From: the human T2T-CHM13v2.0 reference genome, Homo sapiens
Assembly (NCBI RefSeq): GCF_009914755.1
Contig: NC_060936.1
Length of the DNA: 64,000 nt
Strand: one strand, 5' to 3'
The stretch's first letter is position 1, and every line of letters starts with the position of its first letter. A program made the position numbers and the translations under genes. The notes under the pieces were generated by a model. The model worked only from the letters and a program-made list of their open reading frames with translations, ran no database searches and was not told the DNA's origin. Below, piece by piece: positions 33,626-52,945 of the stretch.

Positions 33626-34035
33626 TTGAGTTGGTTTTCAAAGGTAGTCAAGGTCTAATTGGAAGGAAAAAAGTCAATACACGCATAAGACACAGGATAA
33701 ACATTTCAGTGTTTGTTCCAGTGAAGATGTGAAAACAGCCCAAGCCTCTGGTGGAAGATTTGAGAAATAAACCACGGTTGAGACAGGGGATGGGTTCCTG
33801 GCAGGTTATTAGTAGTGATGCTGAGGTCGCTGGGGCCCAGCTGATGATCGCGATACATTGTACAGCAGAAGGCTGGCTTCTAAGACAGAGGTAGGAGCCC
33901 ACATGGAAAGCAGAGATAAAATGATGCATGCCACATCCTAAACCCTGGTGGGTCTGGGGTGATTCAATTACCACTTTGTTTCAGTATCTTTTGTAGGCAT
34001 TTTAATTTTCTTCTTTTTGCTTATCCACATTTTCT

Positions 34036-34037
34036 TT

Positions 34038-34070
<33 letters not shown>

Positions 34071-34351
34071 AGATGGAGTCTCACTCTCTCGCCCAGGCTG
34101 GAGTGCAGTGGCGCGATCTTGGCTCACTGCAAGCTCCGCCTCCCGGGTTCACGCCATTGTCCTCCCTCAGCCTCCTGAGTAGCTGGGACTACAGGTGCCC
34201 GCCACCACGCCCGGCTAATTTTTTTGTATTTTTAGTAGAGACGGGGTTTCACAATGTTAGCCAGGATGGTCTTGATCTCCTGACCTTCTGATCTGCCCAC
34301 CTCGGCCTCCCAAAGTGCTGGGATTACAGGTGTGAGCTACCGAGCCTGGCC
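34036..34351 (-). mobile_element. AluY-like with a long tail and 16-bp TSD
   Basis: TSD cttatccacattttct at 34020-34035 and 34353-34368; caagctccgcctcccgggttcacgccatt diagnostic. Confidence 0.93.
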
Positions 34352-34707
34352 ACTTATCCACATTTTCTAATTTTTATAAAATAATTTTGTGGTTTTCTAT
34401 TTTTAAATTTCTTTTTAAGAAGTGGAAAGAACAGGACAACAGGGTTGTGGAGAAGCAGTACTGACTGACGGAGTCTATTGGGACTGGAGCCCCCTGTTGG
34501 GGGTGGAGAACAGACTGCAGCTGTCTGAGATACAGAACAGAATAGAGCGATAGTCCTCCCTTTACCTCCTGCCATGTGGACTAAAGATTGCTCGCTACCC
34601 ATTAAGCACTAACGAATGTAAAACAATGGGGCCTAAAATGTCGAAATATCTACACTGTTAGATTTAAATGAATTCAACACATTTTTAATGTATTTTTATT
34701 TTTTTAG

Positions 34708-35200
<493 letters not shown>

Positions 35201-35216
35201 AAAAGTCCACATCCTT

Positions 35217-35307
35217 GGATAGTTCAAGTGCAGTGGTGTTTACAACTAACTGATCACAACCACGTATGGATTTCTTTCTCTACTCCCACTGCTTCACTTG
35301 ACTAGCC
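35217..35307 (+). pseudogene. Y RNA (Y3-type) retropseudogene
   Basis: gtgcagtggtgtttacaactaactgatcacaacca...ctcccactgcttcacttgactagcc plus A-tail matches hY3; TSD aaaagtc(c/t)acat(c/t)ctt. Confidence 0.92.
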
Positions 35308-35386
35308 AAAAAAGTCTACATTCTTAACTTCAGCACTTCAGTGTTTAAATTGCAAGTGTTCTAAATGAGGACAAACCTCCCCCTAA

Positions 35387-35681
<295 letters not shown>

Positions 35682-35689
35682 GAGAATGA

Positions 35690-36012
<323 letters not shown>

Positions 36013-37877
36013 AACGAACCCTTTTTAAGCATTACTTTTAATAAAGCGCAGTACCAAAATTTGAGTTACCAATGCCTATTGTAAATATAGGCTGTCTCCC
36101 CTTTCCCTCCATGCTCTTTAATGTGAAATGCAGTCAGTAACACATGACACATTCTAAGGCATACTTACCCACTATTTGTAGATTTTCTCTTCCTTTCTGG
36201 ACCCATGCTTCCTCGGGTAGACTGTCAGTTCAGTTACTTAATAGCTGTGTGAACTTGAGCAAGTTACTGACCCTCTCTGTAGCTTTTCTCCTCTTTGGCA
36301 TAATGGGGATAACAATAGGGCCTCTTCCTTGGTGGGACTGAGATAATTAGAGTCAATATTCAGTAAGTGCTCTTTTTGTCATCATTTTGCTTTCTATATA
36401 CACTATCTTTAGCACATGCAAAATCTGGTAAGTTTTCTATCATTATGTGTCTTTTAAACAAATTTCCTGGGAATTCTTGCATTTCTTCCATCGTAATTAG
36501 CTGAAACACAGAAGGCTGGAAGGTGATTTCGATTAACCTCGTAAGAACCTCTGTTCCATCATGAGCTGCTGTCTTCCATCCTGGGAACACCCACTATCAC
36601 TGGTGCTCTCCTGAGGGAGCCCTGCCGTATCCGCATCTTGAAGCCGCTGGATGGCCCTGGGATGAGTACCTCTTAGGAGACCTGTCCAACGTCTGTGTGC
36701 CTATTAGGGGGCTCATAGCTGTTGGGGATCTGTCATTCGGGCCCCTTACGTAGGCTCACAGAATTAGAGAGAGCCAGTCTTCTGGGGAACACCAAGGGAG
36801 ATACGCGGGCAGGAAAAGAGAGGGTGTGTCTGGTGTCCTGGGTAGAATTTTTTAGAAGGACAGAGGGATCCTAGGGCTTCGGAGAGTGATTCATCAGCCC
36901 TTCCTTTCTTCTTGGAGTTTGAGCCCTTAAAAACCAGATGTGGACAGGGCCAGAGAGCAGGAAAACAGGATCATCCCTTTAAAGCACCCCCCAACATATG
37001 ACCCAGAGAGGGTTAGGAATGACCCCTTCTTTGGTGTGACTGCCCTGCTCAGAGGGCCAGAGGCTGTTATTTCACAAGCTCAGAAGGGGCTGGCTACAGC
37101 CCTGCAGTTCCTTCCTCTGGGTCATGGTTGAGGCCTTCCCCGGGACAGGCTGCTCCAATCATCCGAGTTGTAATCTCACCCCTCAGCGAAATGACCCAGC
37201 AGGTGGGGAACGTGACACCCACTGGATTCTGGATCTATAAGCACCACCCAGGTGTCCAAGATGATTTTTCTCCCAAATAAGGCTGAGAATAGGATGAAAG
37301 CAAGTGAAGTATCAAAAAACTCAGTAATCAAGATAAATAATATTGCAATGTGGTGTTTTTAAAAAACCAAAATATATGTCAAAGAATCTATGATTAACAG
37401 AATATCAAACTTTTGGATAAGACAATGTATATTACTGAGTTTTCCTTTACCTGAAGCTCCACAGAAGCAATAGTTGCTTATTTCCCTCGTAAGTCAGGTA
37501 CAGGATGGGAAGTGGGGTTGGAGAGTTCATAAATATTTTTGGAGCATATGTGCCAGGTCATCAAATGCCCCCATGACTCTGAGGTGGGCACCTGCCAACC
37601 TCATGACAAAATGCCGACCTGAGGTGAGTCATGGGTCTGCAGTCGCAGAAATGGTACAGGGGTGGTTTGATTAAACCAAAGCATTGTAAGTTAGCAGAAT
37701 ATTTCCTGTGAACAGTGGCTTAGAGGTATAAGCCAAAGAAAATAAAAGTACATTGTGAAAGGACAGAATGATAAAGATTTTTAAATCTGTATTTTCTCTA
37801 CGGAAGTAGACATTAGTTGAAACAACTGATTCTTAAAAATGTGCATGTTTCTATAATCATTCTTTCTAAAAAGGGAT

Positions 37878-38260
37878 AGTGTTAGAGTGAGAATTTAGGG
37901 ATGAGGCTTTGGTTAAGGGTTCAGTGTTACAGAGAAGAAGTAAAGGTTATGGTTGAGGAGTTAGGTGTTATAGTCAAGAATTACAGGTTAGGTCGGGTTA
38001 GGGGTTAGGGGTTGGGGTTGGGGGTTGGGGGTTGGGGTGCGGGTAGGGGTTAGGGGTTAGGGTTAAGGGTTAGGATTAGGGCTAGGGTTAGGGTTAAGAT
38101 TAGAATTTGGATTAGGGTGAGGTTGAAGTTTAGGGTGATGGTTAGGGTTAGGGTGAAGGTGAGGATGAGGGTGAGGGTTAGGGTTACAGTTTGCATTATG
38201 TTGAGGGTAAGTGTGAAGGTGAGGGTTAGGGTGAGGTCATGGGTTACTACTGTTCAGGTT
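37878..38260 (+). repeat. Degenerate interstitial telomeric sequence, same orientation as the terminal array
   Basis: Core 37996-38240 made of ttaggg/ttagggg/ttgggg/tgaggg/tgaagg units with decayed flanks. Confidence 0.9.
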
Positions 38261-38796
38261 AATACTTTTCGTGATTAGGGCTGAGATAAGTGATACGGTC
38301 TCTGGCAAGCTGTCCCTGGATGCAGATTATGAGACAAGGATATTGGTGAAATTATTATTCAGCTATAATTTGCATATTATCCATTGAATAAAGGAGAGGA
38401 ACCAAAACAGATGGAACAAACAGGGCAAGGTGTTGGGAGAAGCACTAGAGCCCTGCCTGGGCTTGGGCGGCTCAGAGCTTGGGTGATAGTGCTTCAGTGT
38501 TGCATAGAATCAGAATTCATCCTGACTGCAGGCATAGACAGTGGGTATTTTATCCTCCCTCAGACAGTGCGTGGCTTAGGTTGAGTTGTGGGGTAAACTC
38601 CCAGGCGCTTTTACTCCTTTTGGGTGAATTGACCCGACACCCGGGGAAATTCTCTGACCCTCCAGCAACAATGCACGAAGATCTATGGACAAGCAAGACC
38701 TGTGGGGTTTGGGAGGGGCCCAGGGTGGAAACCAACCTGGGCAACCTGGGTTAGGGTCAGGGTTATAGACTGGAGAAGCTGAGGAACAGTGTCTTT

Positions 38797-39213
38797 GTAT
38801 GATAAGGGTTGCTATAACCTGGTACGTGAGACTGCGTGATTTATAAATTTACTTGGCTCACAGTTCTGGAGGCTGGGAAGTGGGAGAAGCAGGCATAGCA
38901 TCTGCTTGGTTTCTGGTGAGGGCCATGTGCTGGGTTAAAACATTGGCAGAGAAGAGCCAGAGGGATTGGACACCTGCAAAGAGAGAGGCAAACGAAAGAA
39001 CATCCTAGCTTTGCAACAAACCACGCTCACAGGTACTCATCTAGCATTGCCAGATCAAGAACTCTACCATGAGAAGGCAGCAAGCCGATGACGAGGTTCC
39101 ACTCTAGATTCAAACACCTCCCACTAGGTCCCACCTGTCAACACTGTCATGCCCAGACCACATATCAGCATGAGATTCAGGGAGGACAAACAAACCCCAT
39201 CCACACCACAGCA
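38797..39213 (-). mobile_element. MaLR LTR (MST/MLT1A-like)
   Basis: gttgctataac...ttggctcacagttctggaggctgggaag...cagcatgagattcagggaggacaaac. Confidence 0.7.
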
Positions 39214-40433
39214 AGCAGGGGAGGCAAGAAATGGGAAAAAATTGTCTTTTAAAAAGATTTACCATTCTCATTTGTGCATGAAGAAAGAGTTCCCGGTCTG
39301 GGCTCTGAGAGGAGGGTGCTGTGGGTCTTCCCCACATGCCTCTTAAGTCATCCTCCCACTTCTCCAGCTCTGCTCTGGGTCCTGAGTGGCTGGCCTCTGG
39401 GAGCATCACCCAGGTCCCATTCCAGGATTTCAGCCAGAGGGAGGCACCAGCCATCAGAGGTGGGGACGGCCTTGGTTTCCTCTGCTTCCTTCCTTCTAGC
39501 AGTGGGTTTTCACAAAGGCTGGGTTTCTCTCTGGTGTTTCTCAACTTCAGCTGTACTAGCATTTCTACTCAACCATTTTCTGTGCTGGGGCTGCCCTGCA
39601 CATGGGAGGGTGTCCAGCAGCAGCCCTGCAGCACCCCCACCTGAGCCCACAGTGTCAGGCAAAATGACCCCATGGAGAAACAGCCCTGCCAGAGTCCTGG
39701 GAGGGTCCAGCAGCCCATTCTCTCTTCACCCTTTGGCCCCGGGGTATTAGAGGGTTTCTGCTGTTGCTAGTCTGGGAGCATTTCACAGGCTTTTATTGTT
39801 CCTTTTGGCTTTGCCCACACCTCTGTAAATAAAACCTTGAGTTTGCCTTTTTTTTTTATTTGCTGGGATCTAGCACAGTCCTTTTCCTACAGGTAAATGC
39901 CTACATGTTAGAACATATCTTAGAAATTACCATCAGCCAATCTTGCTTTAGAAAAAGAACTCATGACTATCTGAGTTTTAAACATGGTGACCAGAATTGA
40001 ATTTGCAAATATTTTGGTTCTAATATCTTGATAAAACACTAAAGCTATAACATGATGGCTTACCATGAAATTAACATGGAATACTCACTGGGGTGGAGGA
40101 GAAGAGTAAATATGGCCCTTGACCCTGGTGGGCTGTCCACAATAACTGTTGCTCTGCCACTTTCCCAGCATTTTAGGGGTTACAGGACCCAGGCTCTGGC
40201 AGGCACTTGGTGAAAACTGGAAACAGCTGAAGAACCAAGTCTTGTCCCTCCTTGTGCAGGCCTAGGTTCTACATCCACAGACTCGGATACTGAAGAACAT
40301 TTAATGGTCTGGCTGCTGGTTAAAGCTGTGATCTACAAATATTTTCAACCATGCAGTGCTCTCAGTGAAAACAAAGCATGCATCTAATAACTGTGCTTTT
40401 ATTAATTATTTTTTCTCCTCCTAGAAAATGGAT

Positions 40434-41599
<1,166 letters not shown>

Positions 41600-42735
41600 T
41601 CAACAAATAGTAGCAGAACAATTTGTTTATCCATGTGCAAAGTAAAACTGGGTCCTAACTTCACACCATTTACAAAAATGAATTTAAGGTAGCTTAAAGA
41701 AAAATGTGAGGGGTGGAGCCAAGATGGCTGAATAGGAACAGCTCCAGTCTAGAGCTCCCAGCATGAGTGATGCAGAAGACAGGTGATTTCTGCATTTCCA
41801 ACTGAGGTACTGGGCTCATCTCACTGGGGAGTGTCAGAAAGTGGGTGCAGGACAGTGGGTGCAGTGCACCCAGCATGAGCCAAAGCAGGGTCAGGCATCG
41901 CCTCACCCGGGAAGTGCAAGGGGTCAGGGAATTCCCTTTCCTAGACAAAGAAAGGGGTGACAGATGGCACCTGGAAAATCAGGTCACTCCCACCCTAATA
42001 CTGTGCTTTTCCAATGGTCTTAGCAAATGGCACACCAGGAGATTACATCCCATGCCTGGCTCAGAGGGTCCTATGCCCAAGGAGCCTTACTCATTGCTAG
42101 CACAGCAGTCTGAGATCAAACTGCAAGGGGCAGTGAGGCTGGGGGAGGGGCACCTGCCATTGCTGAGGCTTCAGTAGGTAAACAAAGTGGCTGGGAAGCT
42201 CGAATTGGGGGGAGCCCACCATAGCTCAAGGAGGCCTGCCTGCCTCTGTAGACTCCACCTCTGGGGGCAGGGAATAGCCAAACAAAAGGCAGCAGAATCC
42301 TCTGCAGACTTAACTATCCCCGTCTGACAGCTTTGAAGAGAGTAGTGGTTCTCCCAGCATGCAGCTGGAGATCTGAGAACGGACAGACTGCCTCCTCAAG
42401 TGGGTCCCTGACCCCCGAGTAGCCTAACTGGGAGGTACCGCCCAGTAGGGGCAAACTGACACCTCACACAGTGAGGTACCCCTCTGAGACAAAACTTCCA
42501 GAGGAACGATCAGGCAGCAACATTTTCTGTTCAGCAATATTCACTGTTTTGCAGCCTCCACTGCTGATACCCAGGCAAACCGGGTCTGGAGTGGACCTCC
42601 AGCAAACTCCAACAGACTTGCAGGCGAGGGTCCTGACTGTTAGAAGGAAAACTGACAAACAGAAAGGACATCCACACCAAAACCCCATCTATACATCACC
42701 ATCATCAAAGACCAAAGGTAGATAAAACCACAAAG

Positions 42736-43750
42736 ATGGGGAAAAAACAGAGCAGAAAAACTGGAAACTCTAAAAATCAGAGTGCCTCTCCTCCTCCAAA
42801 GGAACGCAACTCCTCACCAGCAATGGAACAAAGCTGGATGGAGAATGACTTTGACAAGTTGAGAGAAGGCAGCTTAAGATGATCAAACTACTCCAAGCTA
42901 AAGGAGGAAGTTCGAACCCATGGCAAAGAAGTTAAAAACCTTGAAAAAAATTAGATGAATGGCTAACTAGAATAACCAATGCAGAGAAGTCCTTAAAGGA
43001 CCTGATGGAGCTGAAAGCCAAGGCACGAGAACTGCATGATGAATGCACAAGCCTCAGTAGCTGATTCGATCAACTGGAAGAAAGGGTATCAGTGATGGAA
43101 GATCAAATGAATGAAATGAAGTGAGAAGAGAAGTTCAGGGAAAAAAGAATAAAAAGAAATGAACGAAGCCTCCAAGAAATATGGGACTATGTGAAAAGAC
43201 CAAATCTACGTCTGATTGGTGTACCTGAAAGTGACGGGGAGAATGGAACGAAGTTGGAAAACACTCTGCAGGATATTATCCAGGAGAACTTCTGCAATCT
43301 AGCAAGGCAGGCCAACATTCAAATTCAGGAAATACAGAGAATGCCACAAAGATACTCCTTGGGAAGAGCAACTCCAAGACACAAATTATCAGATTCGCCA
43401 AAGTTGAAATGAAAGAAAAAATGTTAAGAGCAGCCAGAGAGAAAGGTCAGGTTACCCACAAAGGGAAGCCCATCAGACTAACAGCTGATATCTCAGCAGA
43501 AACTCTACAAGGCAGAAGAGAGTGGGGGCCAATATTCAACATTCTTAAAGAAAAGAATTTTCAACCCAGAATTTCATTTCCAGCCAAACTAAGCTTCATA
43601 AGTGAAGGAGAAATAAAATCCTTTACAGAGAAGCAAATGCTGGGAGATTTTGTCACCACCAGGCCTGCCCTAAGAGAGCTCCTGAAGGAAGCACTAAACA
43701 TGGAAAGGAACAACCGGTACCAGCCACTGCAAAAACATACCAAATTGTAA
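42736..43750 (+). pseudogene. L1 ORF1p, disrupted
   Basis: ATG GGG AAA AAA CAG (MGKKQ) start; fragments KRPNLRLIGVPE and REKG...YQPLQKHTKL* lie in different frames. Confidence 0.92.
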
Positions 43751-43813
43751 AGACCATCGAGGCTAGGAAGAAACAGCATCAACTAATGAGGGAAATAACC
43801 CGGTAACATCATA

Positions 43814-47641
<3,828 letters not shown>

Positions 47642-47867
47642 ACAATGAGAACATATGGACACAGGAAGGGGAACATCACACACTGGGGCCTGTTGTGGGG
47701 TGGGGGGAGGGGGGAGGGATAGCATTAGGAGATATACCTAATGTTAAATGAGGAGTTAATGGGTGCAGCACACCAACATGGCACATGTATACATATGTAA
47801 CTAACCTGCACGTTGTGCACATGTACCCTAAAACTTAAAGGATAATAAAAAAAAAAGAAAAATGTGA

Positions 47868-48680
47868 AAGGCAAAACTTTAAGAAGAAAACATAGAACTA
47901 CCTCTATGATCTCATGGTAGAGGATTTTTAAAATAAGACACAAAAGCACTAACCATAAAAGAAAAAACAGATAAACTTGACTTCATAGCAGTAATAACTT
48001 ACATTTATGAAAAAACAAATAAGCAAACAAAAAGCACTTTGACAAAAGCAAAAATGCATGCCTCAGATTGGGAGCAAATGTTAGCTATGATACATATGAC
48101 AAATGTATATCATTTTATATATGTGTGTGTATACACACACACCCTTATGTACTGCAGGTAGAAATATCATTTCCTTCAACTAGTTAGGAAAACAATATAG
48201 TAGTAATCTAGTAAACTTTTGTGGTACATTTTCTATAACCTTATACTGCCAGTCCTAGGTTTTAATGAGAGAAAATCATGCATATATATACTTTGAGATA
48301 TGATGTAAGAATATTTGAAGCACTGTGGTTTGTAATAGTAGAAATCTGGAAATAACCCAAAGATCCTTCAACAAAAGAATGGGCAAATAATTCAGAAGTA
48401 TTCACAAGATGTAATAGTACGTATCAGGAAAAACAAATAATGTACAGCTATTCATATCAACAAGAATACATCTCCAAAGTATAACATTGAAGGAATAAAG
48501 TCATGAAGGAATACACGTAGTGAAAGAAACTACTTGTAATGTGTTCTAAAACATGTAATACTCTACAACTGCAACTCGTCATTTAGAGATATATACATAT
48601 GTTGTAAAACTGTAACGAAAAGCAATGGAACTATAAACACAAATCTGGTTGTGGTTACTTCTAGGAAGAGGCAGGGGATG
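47868..48680 (+). mobile_element. Ancient L1M fragment that hosted the young L1 (continues 41505-41695)
   Basis: aactttaagaagaaaacatagaa...aaagcactaaccataaaagaaaaa...ctggaaataacccaaagatccttcaacaaaagaatgg. Confidence 0.65.
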
Positions 48681-49609
48681 TGACTAGAAAGGAGCCCACA
48701 GAGGGCTCAGATGCCGGACGGGGGGGTTGTTTGCAGGTTCCTAACACATTGATACTAACATCTGTTTATTCAGCTGGTTTGTCCTTAAATGCACTATGTA
48801 ATCACGTGATATATATCATATACATTCTTTAGTATTTTTCAGAGTTTTCATAACCAAACAGAGAAAAACATTTGTGCCTGACCAATACCTATCCCTAAGT
48901 AGGTTACATATTTTATAGGCAGAACAGTCACCAAAAATTATAATATATGAGGCTTTGACCCAATTACACTACCAAATTCCCCCATTAAATTTTTCCTGTG
49001 GTTTTAAAACTCTTTATCTGTAGGAATCCTGCTTCCATATAAGATTTTTTTCTGGAAGGGATATATTACCTTTTTAGTGTATTGTCTACTTAAGTGTATC
49101 ATAAACTGCCACTACAACAGCCAAGGAAAGAAGTAATGGGAGGGCCACATGTCCACCAGGTTAATAGAGATGGGAGGAAAGGGCCAGGGGCGTAATGTTA
49201 TTCAGTGTGGGTGGACTGGCGGCCTGAACTCACTGTGACCCCATTGGAGAAGCAGCAAAAGTGCAAAAGACACAGGAAAGGAGAGATGGGAAAGTAACAA
49301 ACCATTGCTGCCACCTTCACAGGCTGCCCTGCAGAAAACGCACAAGGCAATGCCCACTCTCATGTTGGGACATTATTTTTTGCATGAGAAAATCTGGCCA
49401 GGAAAAACATTAAATAGGAAATAAGTTTTATAGCTTTATAACAGAGCAGCATGGTGAACTACATGTCACCTGCACTCATGGTGACCGCACTATCAGAACC
49501 CAAGGGACTAGGCCCCTCACCCCACCAGCTTGCCTTCAGTGACTAAACCATAGGCCTGTGTAGGACTCCTCACACCCTGCACCTTCTCACCTCAGCTTCC
49601 CACTGCTAC

Positions 49610-49920
49610 TGTGTGGCTACGGTTTGTTCGTCCCCACCAAATCTATGTTGAAATTTGATCCCCAGTGTGGTGATGTTGACAGGTTGGGCCTAGTGGAAGG
49701 TTTCTGGGTCATGGAGGTGGATCCCTCATGAATGGCTTCGTGCAATTCTTGTTCTTGAGACACTGGATTGGTTCTTAGGGTAATTACTTCCCTTGAGAGT
49801 TCTTATAAAGCCAGGCAGTCCCTCAGGTTTGGTGCCTGCAGAACTGTAAATTAAATAAACCCCTTTTCTTTATAAATTACCTAGCTTCAGGTGTTTCTTT
49901 ATAGCAACACAAAATGGACA
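49610..49920 (+). mobile_element. MaLR LTR (MST-like, internally deleted)
   Basis: gtttgttcgtccccaccaaatc...ctttataaattacctag...tttatagcaacacaaaatggac. Confidence 0.7.
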
Positions 49921-49992
49921 TGCCCTCTGCTAGTGTCAATCTATGCCAATTACTGGAATAAACAAATAGCAAGGGAAATTAATCATTGAATG

Positions 49993-50360
49993 GTGCTTAG
50001 CCTATTGTCTGCTGCTATAACAGAATACCACAGACTGGGTAATTTGTACAGAAAAGAGATTTATTTCTTACAGTTCTGGAGGCAGGGAAGTCCAAAAGCA
50101 TGGTGCCAGCATGTGGCAAACATCATCTCATGGGGCAAGGGTAGAAGCAGAAGTGAATGCATGAGACAGAGAGAGGAAATTGGGCTGAACTTGTCCTTTT
50201 TTTGGGATTCCAGTGTCATATTAACAGTATTAATGCATTCATTACCTTCATGAGCCTTCATGACCTAATCATCTCTTAAAGGTCCCACTGTCTGTAAATT
50301 CTGATACAATGGCAATTATATTTCAACACGAGCTCTGGAGGGGACACTGAAACACAGCAC
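49993..50360 (-). mobile_element. MaLR LTR (MST-like)
   Basis: gctgctataacagaataccacagactgggtaattt...tcatgacctaatcatctcttaaaggtccc. Confidence 0.72.
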
Positions 50361-52563
50361 ACAGCCAAGCTTCTTTGACCAAGCTGACTACAGGATGCCC
50401 TTGATGGAGAGACCAGGGATCATCACCTTCAAGTTCCTGGTCCTTCTTCTTGAACTAAAGACTCCTTGGCTTTGCTCATGTTGGCTTTAGCCACCAGTTG
50501 CTTTGCAGCCTCCCACACTCAATCTCTCAGCTTAGGTATCAGAAGACACTTCCGTTTTTTTTTTTAAATTATTTAGCTCTCTCATGACCTCCTGTCAGCG
50601 GATCCACCTCCCACCTCTTTCCCTTAGGCTGATACCTAATGATGCTCCAACCCCAGGGAGGGGCATCTAGCTAACTGGTACTAAATAACAGTCACTTAAA
50701 AGATAGTTTAAATTTCACGCATTCAGACATACATGATTGTGCAAGGCAGAGGTTTTCTTTTTTGTTGACTGTATTTTCAGGTTGTAGTTACAGATACCCA
50801 TTAACAAGCCAGCCTTCTGAAATAAGATTATCTCAGTCAAGTATTCTCTTTGTTATGTGTGGCATCATCAGACACATCTGCAATGATCTCAAAAAAAGAA
50901 ATGATCAGAACCACATTTATTTAAATATGCAAAATGCTGAAGGAGAGCTATTGGCTGATGCATAAACACAAATTCTGTTTCCATCTATGAGAACTGGAGT
51001 GAGGACGGAGAGTCACAACCATCCACAAATGACACTGACTTAATAACATAGAAAATGTTTCAGATTTCTCATGTACTGTGGAAGACAAGAGTGGTGAGCA
51101 CAATCAGGGTAATAAAACATCCCTCAGCTCAAAGAGATAATTCTAATATCATATATTGTGCATGGAGTAATGAAGGCCAAGTACAAGCAACTTCATTCAC
51201 ATCAGAACATAGCCTACACAAGACAGCCACAACTCAGGAAAGGGTTGTATTGCATTAGTAAATGGTTGAATTAATAGCTAATGATCTCCTAGAAGAAGTA
51301 TATTAAAGACTTTTAATTGACACTTTATCAACCGAATAATCTCTTTTATCATTGCTCTGCTCATTTATGTTCCAATGAATAAGACTCAAAATCCTGAGAC
51401 AGCTTAAAGTATATTTTACATCACTCATCATGGTCAGTGTAGCATACATTTTATGATTTGAAAATTTGTAATAGCCTTTCATAGGCTAATTGCTGAGCCC
51501 TCTACCAGAGCTGAGAAAAGAGTGCACAGTTTTGTACATTGAAAGAAAAGGCAAAACACAGTAAGGCAAGCAGCAGTAAAATGAGACAGCTGTGTCCAGC
51601 TCCCCACCAACCCCTGCCAAGAAAGCCCTTTATATGAAAATGAACATTTGACAAGAAAGCATATTAAAGTATTAGCTTTTTCATTCAGCATAGGGCATCT
51701 CTTTATTTTTTAAAAAATCTTAGGATTGCTCTAATAATAAATTGCCTAATGTGTGGACAGCATGATTCCATTTGTAAAATGTCTATTTAGCATTGCTTTT
51801 CAAAGGCATATCATTGCTTCGTGAGATGTATTTTGAGGTTAAAAGATGCTTTCCTAAGAAACACTAGCTATGGAGTAACTGTCCTGCAGTGAAATGATCT
51901 AATAATAATAATAAAAATTGGACTTAATGATTTTGCATCATTCCCACTGACTTTAATCAGACTTCCAAATTATTTTGTGTTATGGAAAATTTCAAACTTG
52001 GCATTTGAGAATCAATCTAAAGTTTTTTGTTTTTTGAAAAGTGTGATTTTCTCTAATTTGGTGTTGACTTACATCAGGATTTAGTAAACAGGCCTAAACA
52101 AGTTATTCCACAGGGAAAGGTAAAGTGAATCAAAGAGGACATTTAATTGAGTAGTCACCTTGAATCTCAGTGGGTGGGGCTGGTGATATCTGAAAGCTAC
52201 AGCACTTCATGATCACTCAACAAATCATGTTGGCTGATTTATGCTGTGGAATAGTCAGTGGTCTTCAAATGAGAATGCATGTTGTTGGGGATATGGGAAG
52301 ACCTTCCAGGGACATGAATAGTTTTAAGGGAGTCATTTTCTAGACTCTCAACTTTCACATGTGTTCATTGGTTAGAGGGAACTGCCTTCAGATGCACTTG
52401 GGATGGAGGTGCAGCCTCTGCACACTAACGGCAAATTGAAAATACAAATATTGATCCAGGGAAGTGACTGAGATGACTGAGTGACAAATCCCATGCTGAT
52501 CAGATAGTTTCCAAGCCTTTTCTTTCAACAAAAGTAATGAGGGTCATTTAGGTATTAGCTCAC

Positions 52564-52945
52564 TGTATTAGTCCATTCTTCCATTGCTATAAAGAACTAT
52601 CTGAGACTGGGTAATTTATAAAGAAAAAAGGTTTAATTGGTTCATGGTTCACAGGCTGTGCAGGAAGTATGGCTGAGGAGGTCTCAGGAAACTTACAATC
52701 ATGGTGGAAGGCAAAGAGGAAGGAGACATTCTATGTGGCTGGAGCAGGAGGAAGAGAGAGCAAAGGGGGAAGTGCTACACACTTTTAAATAAGCAGTTCT
52801 CATGAGAGCACACTCATGATCACAAGAACAGCAAGGTGGAAGTCTGCCTCTATGATCCAGTCACTTCCCACCAGGTCCCTCTTCCAACACTGAGGACCAC
52901 AATTTGGCATGAGATTTGGGTGGGGACACAGATCCAATCCGCAGT
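52564..52945 (-). mobile_element. MaLR LTR (MSTA-like)
   Basis: tgtattagtccattct...catgagatttgggtggggacacagatccaa. Confidence 0.85.

Noticed and set aside
42116-42160. L1 ORF0 on the antisense strand
   Set aside because: The ATG at 42160 is kept (MAGAPPPASL), but a 1-nt deletion relative to the consensus I recall gives TGA after 14 codons.
50360-52200. Possible pseudogene or conserved element in unique-looking subtelomeric DNA
   Set aside because: Only short open stretches with no motif I recognise; a BLAST or conservation lookup would be needed.
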